In this document: positions 54,001 through 64,000 of the stretch, in pieces
How the letters are laid out: the number at the start of each line of letters is the position of its first letter
How positions within the stretch are numbered: position 1 is the first letter of the stretch
Translations under genes and position numbers: made by a program
Assembly: GCA_001938485.1 (NCBI GenBank)
Contig: MQRK01238465.1
Span: 1-64,000, forward strand
Length of the DNA: 64,000 nucleotides
DNA from: Girardia tigrina
Taxonomy: Eukaryota
Reading direction: 5' to 3'
Notes under the pieces: model-generated
Databases searched by the model: none
Seen by the model: only the letters and a program-made list of their open reading frames with translations
What the model was told of the DNA's origin: nothing

Positions 54001-57000
54001 AGAACAATAGAATAATTAAAAAATTGAACCGATAAAAATGTATTTGTATCATTATTTACAGAACAAGAAAAATGAAAATAAATTTAATTAGATAATTTAT
54101 AAGTTATTTATGTTTTTAAAATATACTCAATATGTTCATCACTTCGATCTTTCCAATAAAGTTGAATAGTGCGTAGTGTGAGTTATTTAAAATAGAATTA
54201 TTTTAAAAATTCGATTTTTAATAATAAAAACATATCTTGAAGTAAAATAATCCGTAAATAAATAATACATAAAATCAATATCAATATTTACAACATATTA
54301 ATATTTATATACTAAAATCGTTTTGTCGAAAATTAAGAAAATTAATTAACGGGTTCTAAAAAAATATATGAACAACAAAAAAATATTTTTGTTTAAATAT
54401 TGGAATTTTGTGAAGTGATTTTTTTAAATATAGTTTTGAACCGTTTTCATCGAATTAATCTTATTTAAAGCGGAGTTATTTTATTGATGTCAGACGATAA
54501 TGAACTGGCCGGGGTCGGCGCTCGCACGTAGTTATGGCTTTAATTTTAGTGGTTCTATTAAATTAGACATCACACGGGCAAAACATCACTAGGATAAAAT
54601 ATCACAATTGCCAAGTATTTCAAATGAGATTATTGCAATATATTTTAAACGTTTAAAATCTAAATTTTATTTGTGAGAAATGTTTGTATTGTGTTTCACC
54701 TACCCAGATGGTTGATTAATATTAAAATTCTTATTATCTGAAACTAATTTAATTTAAATGTAGATTGCATACATTTCAGTACCCTAACCATAACCCCTAA
54801 CTCTAACCATAATCCTAATGCTAACCTAAACCCTAATACTAAACCCTACAGTTATTTGTGATGTTTTATCATAGTGACGTTTTGTCCTGTGATGTTTTAC
54901 CTGGTAACCAATTTTAGTATGCAAGGATTTTATAAATACCGCTTAACATGTTACTCTCTCAATAATTCTTAAATTGAGTACAAAAAGTTAAAAAAATTGA
55001 CAGTTTATGTCCCCGTACAATGTTTTCTATGCCAAAAAATTACTTCCACCTTTACTACGACTGATATATCGGATTCTTTTCCATTGATAACAGATTTCCA
55101 TTGATAACCAATTAGATTTTGGTTACCAATATAAGAGTTATAGGTGTAACTACATATTTATGGGAGAGAATACAGTCATGAAACCATTTCAAAGAAAATG
55201 CAAGAGTGAGCTGTAAATTATACTCTGATTTCATTCATTTTTTATTTTTTCATTACCGAGTTTCATCTATTTTTTTAAAATCTATTCTTTAGGGTTACAA
55301 GGATAATTCTTTATTACTTTTTTGTGCATCCAAGCATGGTTTCAGACGTTTTAGCAATTATCCTTTCATACTTAATTTAGAATTTCTACTCAATTGAAAG
55401 TGTTAAGCGAAACTGATACGAAGGTAAGATTCTGTTTCTCCATTGTGCTAGGGTTTAAATTTAGGGTAATCATGTTAACAAACCAGATTCACTTTTATAC
55501 TTAATGGGATTTTTAATTAGCTAGAAAAAATGCGACATTTAGCAATGAAAAGTATACTTGAACACACTTTTCAAGTTGCAGTATACTCAGAAAACCGTTC
55601 GACAATTCTCTTTTGTCTGGAATTCAGTCTCTGGATATAACCGGGAAACGGTCTTTTTGTGCCTCCAAACACCACTGCAGATATCTAAATGTCCTTTACT
55701 CACCAATACTCTAGTCATTTAAAGACTATTAAATAGTTTCTAAAAAATGAAATCATCATTTTTTAATGAACAATTTTCCTGAAGTTTTTTATCAAACCAT
55801 ATCACAGACTCAGTCCTCGGTTCATAATATGTTATTCTGTAAACTACATGACATGTTTTCAATGTGCAACGTATTATTGGCACTTGATATGCTTTGTGTG
55901 TACCTCCAAAAAGTTTAGAACACTTGGAAAATAAAGCTTCTTTTAACTTTGTTCATATTAGGTCGTGTTTCCTGGAACGCACTCTAGGCATAGAAAGAGA
56001 TTTACCTGAACATCTCTGAAATAATAAACCTATTACTGGTATAATAGTTATTCGTATTCAATATATTCTTTATAAATTATTATTTTTTTTAAAGATTTCC
56101 CCCAAATTTATTCTGTTTTTATTCCAGACATTGTACTAGTGATGTTCACTAGTAATTTCATAGGGGTTGCATGTAGCAGGTCTTTGCATTATCAATTCTA
56201 CGTGTGGTACTACCACAGTTTGCCTTTAATTTTGTGGTCCTTGCCGAATGTCTCATCAGTTACAAGGTTCGATTTATTCATTTTATTTTTCTTTCATAAA
56301 TTATAATAAAATTTATATTATCTATCAGTTATAATTTAAATTATAAAATATCAAATTTGAAAATTAGTTTTACAAATATTATGTGTTTAAGTAGGACTTT
56401 AAAAGATTGATTTGATATATAAATGCCTTGTTTAGTTTATACAATGTGTGATGTCTAAGAAGGCACAATCTTGATCGATATGACATGTACTATTAGGTCT
56501 AGTAATAGTTAATGTCGTTTATTTGATCTTCGTTTAAATGCATCAATATATGCAGCGCTTTGGGTCAAGGTATAGTTTGTGTCAGAAAATACCAGCGTTG
56601 GTTTAAGAAATTTCGCGATGGAAATTTTTCGTTGAATGAAGAGAATGGTCGATTTCATATGTCTGATTTTGACCAGGAAGCAGTTGAGGCTCTTGTGGTT
56701 ACAAAGCATGAAATTACGCAACAGGAGCTTGCGAAATCTTTAAACTGTTCGCAAAAAACTATTTGCAATCAATTGCTGTCGCTTGGTAAGGTCCACAAGC
56801 TTGGAAAGTGGGTTTCGCATGAGTTAACCGAAAACAAAGAGTTACAATCTGCAGTTCGCTACTCTCGTCAAGACCGATTACCGTTTTTAGAGCAAATTGT
56901 TACCGGAGATGAAAAATAGGTGCTTCGTGTTAATCGGAAGAGACGATCACAATGATTGGACAAAAGCGAAGCGGCGATACCCACGTCAAAGCCTGACTTG

Positions 57001-59549
57001 CATGCAAAAAAGGTGATGTTGTGTGTTTGGTGGAATTTTAAAGGCATTCTTCATTTCGAACTCTTACCAAACAACCATACCATTACAAGTGGAGTGTATA
57101 GTGCACAATTGGAAAGGTTAGACCAAGCTTTGAGATAAAAAGAACCCGCGCTGATTAATCGGAAGGCGTTATTCTTAATCATGACGGCATACCACAAGAT
57201 TCACGGCGGATAAAATGCACCCGTTGGGATAGGAAGTTCTACCACAGCCTGCATATTCTACAGATATTGCACCATCCGATTAAATAGCAAAAGTGTGTCG
57301 ATAATATAGGTAAATACTTTGATGAATGACAAATATTTGTATTGGCAAATTATCAATAAACTTTGATTTTAGTTCTACAAATTCCATAATTGACGATGAC
57401 CTTGTTATGTTCGTGGTAAATAAAAGAGTTCATAACACTACTATTTATTTCTATAACAATTAACTACTTTTTAAACCAATTTCTCAGGAACTATGTTTTC
57501 TTATTTTGCACAAACCAAGTATAAATAAAAATACTAAATATAAATATCTATAAATTTTAATTTTAAAAATTGATATTTATAGCCTAAAATTAATTTTATT
57601 AACACATTACGGTCCGCAGCGTTCCGCATTATATGTTGTATGGAGTCCGGGCGAATTACGCAAAAAATGCCAATTATACACTTTTTCGTAAAATCGATAT
57701 AATTATTAAACCAACAGATCAATTGCAACGAAACTTCACAGATGCCTTCAAATGGGTATACTGCATCGATATATGTAAACATAACAATGGGTTTCAATCT
57801 GTGGTGCATTTACCAGCGTGATAAAGTACAAAAAGCTATTTCATTATAGAAATAATATGGCCCTTGATATCCTTGAACTTGATACATGTATGTATCGTAA
57901 AAAATGTTTCGGGGTCAGTCATAAAAAATCTAGACTAAAAATAAACACAAGGAGAGCTCTATCACACATGTGTCTTATGGATGCCAATGCGTTTTCAGTG
58001 GCGCCGCGCGCATTAATTATTTTATAAATTATATAGAATATAAATATTATTTAAATATATTTATTNNNNNNNNNNNNNNNNNNNNNNNNNNNNNNNNNNN
58101 NNNNNNNNNNNNNNNAGTGGCGCCGCGCGCATTAATTATTTTATAAATTATATAGAATATAAATATTATTTAAATATATTTATTTTTAAACTAATAAGCT
58201 TTATTAAATTATATGGTTGTTAAGGGTTTAGGTTACCAAATTTTCTACCGTGAAATTAGTATAGAGTGTCATAAGACGGTGTTATTATTATTTATTACAC
58301 ATTTATAATCATTAAATTTAATTACAAATTATTAGTTATCATATCATGATGCCACTGATAAAGAAAGACTCTCCAAAAACTTCCCCAAAACGCACTTATG
58401 TATGTAAATTACTATAAAACGTCATCCAGATACTTGTCAGATATTTGGTGGCCATGACGGAACTAGTTTCAATACGAGAATAGCATTTTAAATATTTATA
58501 CTGCCATCTCTTGAAGAAATTACAATAGCTCTAATAGCTAACCATTTTATACAAAAATAAAAATATTTTTCATAATTCAAATTATTAAACAGTATCTAAA
58601 ATATTTGTAACACCATCTCATGATGGAATCAAAAAAAATTTTAGTTCGTATATACTTTTTTTGTACGTACAAAATTCATATAAAATAGTATACGTTTTCG
58701 CACGAAGGGACTCACATAAGTGCCGCGCATAGTGTGCGTTTTCGGGTGAGCGGACTCTAATGTGTTAATTGTTACATTTTTTTGTTAAATTGTCGTTTTT
58801 ATTTTCAATTTATTATAATTTTTTTATTATCGTAAAATAATAATTGATGGCGTCTCATCTTTCTCTTCACAATTAGCGATAATTATTCCACTGGATCACC
58901 CCAAGTTATCTCAGAATCTGAATACATTAGAAATGGATTAACTTGACTGTTAATATTGGCTCCACTTGAGATTTTGCTTTTTGAAATTTTGATAAATAAT
59001 TAATGTTCATTTCGCTGATAAATTGAGATTTAAATAGTTCAAAAATTAAAATATTGATTTTACTGAGATTAAATTTTGATAACAATTAAATTTTATCAAC
59101 TTTATTTGAGTTATGTTTAACATTTATGTTATGCTTGAAAATTAAAAAAGCGAAAACTTAAATCTTTTAATCAAAGTTTCTTTGAAGTGTCTAACTACCC
59201 AATTTGAAAAAATACATAGGGGGTAGTTTTAAGTAACAAAGAAATTTGATAAACAGTTTTTTTCAGTCATGTTTTGTGTTCCAAATACGGAATCCAATAG
59301 GTTACTTAAAATTAATTTTTGATAATTTAATTTAAACTTGAATCTTTATTATATTATTAAACCAATTTCAGATTGCTCGTCCTCGGTCTCATAGAATTGT
59401 GTTGGAATACGTACCCCTCTACGGTCTACAGCAGTGGTCTTTTACACTTGTGCCATATTTTTATTCTTTTTCATTGTTTGAAAAATAACTGTTTTAATTA
59501 CGTTTCCAGTGTCCTTTGGCCTAATGACAAAAAATTAAAAATTAATTAA
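46651..59549 (+). CDS. ALG3: Dol-P-Man:Man5GlcNAc2-PP-Dol alpha-1,3-mannosyltransferase
   Basis: Exons 46651-46774, 46820-46919, 48053-48200, 49809-49969, 50023-50143, 50190-50392, [exon 7 uncertain], 56128-56266, 59372-59549. Motifs [70 protein letters not shown], and C-terminal KLKIN* (KxKxx ER retrieval). Start codon tentative. Confidence 0.93.
46940..47999. mobile_element. Mutator-like non-autonomous element filling ALG3 intron 2
   Basis: TIRs TGCTACTTTAGT.GG; 9-bp TSD TGAGATAAA (46931-46939) and TGAGAGAAA (48000-48008). Confidence 0.75.
51074..52328 (+). mobile_element. Full-length mariner (D,D34D) with inactivated transposase
   Basis: TA-flanked TIRs TTAGGTTGGGGAAAAA; ATG at 51228; [24 protein letters not shown]; in-frame stops at 51573, 51588, 51726 and 52215, no frameshift. 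Inserted in a (TA)n tract. Confidence 0.96.
53460..53926 (-). mobile_element. Mariner 5' fragment
   Basis: TIR TATTAGGTGAACGGGAAAGTAATGTCG; [33 protein letters not shown]. Confidence 0.75.
54551..54909. mobile_element. Mutator-like MITE containing degenerate (CCCTAA)n
   Basis: 9-bp TSD AATTTTAGT (54542-54550 and 54910-54918); TIRs built of AAAACATCAC units; telomere-like tract at 54781-54848. Confidence 0.82.
54911..55200 (-). mobile_element. Penelope-like GIY-YIG fragment (same family as the 19.0-kb copy)
   Basis: rc GGCATAGAAAACATTGTACGGGGAC...CTCAATTTAAGAATTATTG matches ~18996-19068; upstream [10 protein letters not shown]. Confidence 0.75.
56493..57330 (+). mobile_element. Internally deleted mariner in the last ALG3 intron
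   Basis: TA-TTAGGTC TIR; [45 protein letters not shown]. Confidence 0.88.
57603..58764. mobile_element. Non-autonomous piggyBac-type element
   Basis: TTAA TSDs (57599-57602 and 58765-58768); TIRs CACATTACGGTCCGC and rc CACATTAGAGTCCGC (13/15). Spans an N gap. Confidence 0.82.
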
Positions 59550-59794
59550 ATTAAAAATTTATTTATGATTGACTTTCGTTAGAAAAATGTAAAATTTTGG
59601 ATTTTTAAAAATATATTTTAAATTTGTTCCTTTATTTTGTCTTTTTTTTCCTTGAATAATTGATTGATTAATAGTTTGTACTTTGAAGAGCTACATATTT
59701 TACTGAACGTATAAAGAAAAAGCCAAGCTCTTTATACTTTATATTAATTATATAATTCAATTAATGTACTATATATTTATAATTAATTATTATC

Positions 59795-62700
59795 TTAAAT
59801 AATGTTGTTATGGTGACATTTATCTCTCTCGTTGATTAGCTTCGGTACAGTTGTTCTTGTCCTATTGAGTCTTCCTGATCGAATTAATGAGTTTATGTAT
59901 GTTTCCTTCGATACACTAGGATCTCTGTGAACGATGCGGTTAATGAAATCTCCATACACCGCATCATCTCCAAATAGCCACTGTATTTCCACTCCAAGGT
60001 ATTCCGAGATTGATTGCTTCTTCCTCCCACTGATCTTTTTTCCTATCTGTATTTCTCCCTTCCAGATTCGTTTGATTGTCTCGTACTCCTCTGAAGTTTC
60101 CGTCTTACTGTGGAAAGTAAGTCTTTTACTCGCGATAATATCTATGGGATGTGGGAGTCCAATGTCCATGATGTTCATATGGATCTTTTCAATCTTGTGT
60201 TTCTTCCTAATTATGTGAGTGCATAGGTTATGAAGGGCATGCAACTTCTTAATGTTCTTATCCTCAGTTCTCCAGCTTTCAGATCCGTAGTAGACTTTGG
60301 AGAATATGCATGTGTTGACAACTTTCTTCTTATTCCTCATACTCTGAAGCTCTTCAGCACTGGTCTCAGGTCCCCGATCTCCTGGGTTCCTTTCTTGATT
60401 CTTTCCTTCACTTCCGCGTCCACGTTTCCTGCTGAAGAGATCGTGGATCTTAGTAACACAACTAGGTGCCCAGCTGTAAGGATCCGAATATCTCCCTTTA
60501 GGTTCAAAACTTTGGTTTTACTGATGTTAATTTTGAGACCTAAATCTAATAAGGAGGCATTTAAAATGTTCAAATTATTTTTCAGATTGTTCCAGTCCGT
60601 GTCGATGAGACAGAAGTCGTCAGCATAGGCTAGTCTGTTGATGTCAAGGAAGCTTCCATCTTCATGTTTCATCATCACTCCTCCGGAGAGACCATTTAAT
60701 ATTACTCTTTTCACAACCGTGTCGAATGCAACATTGAACAGGAGCGGCCATAAAACACACCCTTGACGCACTCCTTTATCCATGTTGAAGATTTCATCTC
60801 CTATAGAACCTTCAAATCCCTCTTGGAAAGCTTTCATGATCTCTAACATTCTCCCCCTTCATAGCCTTTCATTCTCCTTCATTCATAGCCTTTTTAAACA
60901 GCTCCAGAGAGACTCCCGGGGGACACTGTCGAATGCTTTCTCCAAGTCTATAAAGATGACATACATAATAATGTCCTTGTATCGTGCTTCCTCCTCCAAT
61001 TTCCTCAAGATACTTATAACCAATTGAGTTCCTCTTCCCGACCGGAATTCATACTGCCACTTGCTTCGGTGATCAGAGTGATTCGGTTCGCGATGATTCT
61101 GGCTAGAATTTTTCCTCCTACATCTAAAAGAAAAATGCCTCGGTAGTTATTTGGATCTTTTCGAGAACCTTTCCCTTTGAAGAGAATCACCACTTTGGCT
61201 TCTCACCAACTTGGTTGCAATGCCTCTAGTCCGTTCCATATGTTTCTAAAGCACTCCTTCAGTAGGGTCAGTATTTTCACATCCCCACTTAAAAATTTCA
61301 GAGATCAATCCATGAGATCCATCGGCTGTTCCACTCTTCAAGTGCTTCACTGCCTCTGCTATTTTCTCTCTCATCGGAGGAGAATCCAAATCATCGAGAT
61401 TTAGAGTGTCTCCAGCGACATCAGTGCGTTCTTTCTGCTCTAATGGGGCCCTAAAAAGATTATTGAAGTGGTTGGTCAGCTCCTTATTCCCAATAGGGTT
61501 CGAGTGAGTGCACAGAGTGTTCTCCTTCGATTGTCATTTACAGAGAATTTGTAGTTCCGCGTGAGCTCCTTCAGTTTTCTTCTCCGTCATTGTTGAGTAT
61601 CTTCTCGATTTGTTCGCATATAGCCTAAAATCTTTCACGTTCCCAACTCTGATATTCTTCTGGAGAAGTAGTTAGCTGGATTTCCACCTAGAAAGTGTCG
61701 TTGTTTCTTTTCCTCACAAACTCAGTGCGTCTCGCCCATTTTTCTCCAATGAGTATCTTTGACTCCTCTAGGTGGCCATTAAGGTAGCCATTCGCTTTGA
61801 TCTTGTGCTTGTTCCTCGGACCACATCACAGATCGTTTGATTAGTAGACTTCCGATCGGTACCTGAGAATTGAACATGTGGAAATGTTTCGATTATCGTT
61901 TCTTATTCTTCACGATTGCTTCTGAATCTGGCATCTTGTGCTTGCACGTGTTTCTGTCGTTTTTTTAGCCTCTTTGGTCTTTTTTCTTCTTCTCGGACTC
62001 TGGCAGTTAAAACTACCAGATCGTGGTTGGAACCACAGTCGAATCCTGGGTAGCTTTGGATGTCCGTTTACCTATTAGCTCGATTTCTTTCAATAAGAAA
62101 GAGATCCTGTAATTACCTCCTAGATGTTGCTTGGGTGAGTCCAGTTCGACTAAGTTTCTTCCTATAAAAGATGTTTTCAACACACACTCCATGTGATATC
62201 GCCATCTCGGTAAGCAGCTCCCCGTTCTCCGATGTCTTCACTCCAGTGGCGTAGATACATACAACCGCTTTGTACTCTTCAGTGCTCCTCAACCTACAAT
62301 TAAAGTCTCCTCCAATAAATAGTTTCATTTTCTTTTACCTTGCGAATTTCTTCTCCTCCTCGATCTCCTCCTGCAGTTTCTGATTGAAATTCTCTTTTTT
62401 CTCATGTGTATACCCGCAGTCATTCGGGGTATACACTACTATTTGGATAATTGATTTCCTGGTGTACCTGCAAATAAAAAGCCAATCATTAATTGGTCTA
62501 AAATCGAGTTTGGTCGGGTCATCTTCTCTGATCATCAGCGCAGCTCCTCTTTCCCTTCGTGTTCCAATTGCACAGCCACTGTGAAGAATTTGCCATCCGT
62601 CTTATTCAGTGTTTTCATTGCCCCAGTATTGCGTTTCGGACAGGTTACACACCTCTGTTTTCGTTCTTTTCAGAGATTTATTTATTGAAAGTATTTTCTC

Positions 62701-62953
62701 GTCGTTTAGTCCTCACATATTCCAGGTTCCCACCTTCAATCCTCCGCGTTTGGCCCTGTTTCACCGGAATGGATCGAAAGCTTAATGACTTCGGATCCTT
62801 CCAGACCCCTTGTTTGGATTTTGAAAGCGTTCTACACATCCACAGACATGATTGCTAGCCCTGTAAGTTTCGTTACCACATTCGCCTAGAGACGGACTTT
62901 AACCCAACTAGTTTCCCAGGATCCACTACAGGGAGGAGGGTAACACAGATCCC
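59795..62953 (-). mobile_element. Near full-length decayed RTE-like LINE (APE + RT)
   Basis: APE motifs IGGDFN and DCGSNHDLV; RT motifs PNNYRGI, FIDLEKAFDSV, GVRQGC, LAYADD, NISKTK, YYGSESW. Confidence 0.9.
62872..62953 (-). ncRNA. HDV-like ribozyme fold (partly decayed) at the LINE 5' end
   Basis: P1 GGGAUCU/GGAUCCU with G1-U wobble, P2 GUUACC/GGUAAC, L3 UCCCUGU, GG for P1.1, P4 closed by CUAG/CUAG, J4/2 GCGAA. The P3 5' strand is mutated. Confidence 0.7.
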
Positions 62954-64000
62954 AAGTCCATTCATGTTATAGAACTGACACCAACACTGAAACCACTTGA
63001 AAACTCCACACAGAGAAATGTCAGTAAATTTCTATATCAAAGATACCCCTGTTAATAATCGGCAGAAAAATCCTGGAATGACACAATAGCCAATCACCAC
63101 TTGACAGCACACGATTATGTATTACATAACACTCTCGGATAATATACGAGAAAAATCTGCTATAAATATCAGAGTATTTTGGCAGATCATTTTGCATAAC
63201 AAGCACTTGCAAGTTTTACTTATAACTCCCTAATTTTATCGAAACAGTTTTTTTTATTATCGCGACACTATTTTGTACTCGAGGTATAATTCTTTGTATT
63301 CATGTATATTAGTTGTGATTATAAATATTTTAATTGATATTTAATATATTATGTTCGAATATCTGTTTGTTTATTTATTTAGATGCATTTTATTATTTTA
63401 ATTTTTACATATCTCTATTGATGAATAGTACTGAACAATATTTGATTAATGGGGAATCTAATGCGAGACTTTACTTCGTGGTAAGTGTAAGCGTTGGAAT
63501 TGATCGAGTCGTTAGTAAATTGTCAGTGAGAGAAATCATATTCAGGGACTCTCTCGAACGATGAAAGCGAGAAGAACAAGGGTTAGCTGGAGTTGCAATG
63601 TGTAACAAGTCAAGGAATATAAATGAACTGTAAAATTGTCAGTAGTCGTGTAAATATTTAGCAATTTCACCACTCCGAATGTAATCGTTCAATCAGAAAA
63701 TTTTTTTTAGTCACTAACCTGATGATTTCATTTAGTTATGCCTGTTATAGTAGACTCCTCATTCGTTTATTCTATTATAACCTTCCTTGTATGCAATTTA
63801 ATCTAATTTATCAGCGTGAATAAGCTGGTCGTATTTTATCGACTACTTAACGAATTATAATCGAAATCTTGTGCATTAGTGAACCTTTAACAATGCACGG
63901 TGAAATAATTAGATTAATAACGGGTGCGCAGGCAAAATCTGGACAAATTTTAAACCACCATTGTGAAAAGACGAAATAAAATTTCCAGAAGCTGTTTATA

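Noticed and set aside
57388-57420. TTGACGATGACC... possible hammerhead
   Set aside because: No GAAA and no stem II closure.
58007-58160. Direct repeat on both sides of the N run
   Set aside because: Identical sequence flanking a scaffold gap; most likely a contig-overlap artefact.

Overview
AT-rich eukaryotic genomic DNA, most likely a flatworm (probably a planarian). That call is an inference from a septin closely resembling Schistosoma SEPT10 as I recall it, ~45-65 nt minimal introns and TE-filled long introns. There are three host genes: an intronless white-like ABCG half-transporter (- strand, 6730-8814) with a degenerate ABC signature, an 8-exon SEPT6/SEPT10-group septin (+, 17240-33110), and ALG3 (+, 46651-59549), whose exon 7 I cannot place unambiguously. 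Much of the rest is decayed transposable elements: Ty3/gypsy (two with CsRn1-type CHCC gag), Mutator-like, piggyBac, mariner, pogo, hAT MITEs, Penelope-like (PLE) fragments and an RTE-like LINE. The main non-ORF signal is self-cleaving RNA motifs. There are five minimal hammerhead ribozyme motifs (two intact, three degenerate); four sit in two outward-facing inverted pairs, and the 6-nt stem-III palindrome changes sequence but stays palindromic. There is also an HDV-like ribozyme fold at the 5' end of the LINE. Both ribozyme classes are already known in these element types, so I found no clearly unprecedented system. All calls were made by eye, with no searches or folding software.
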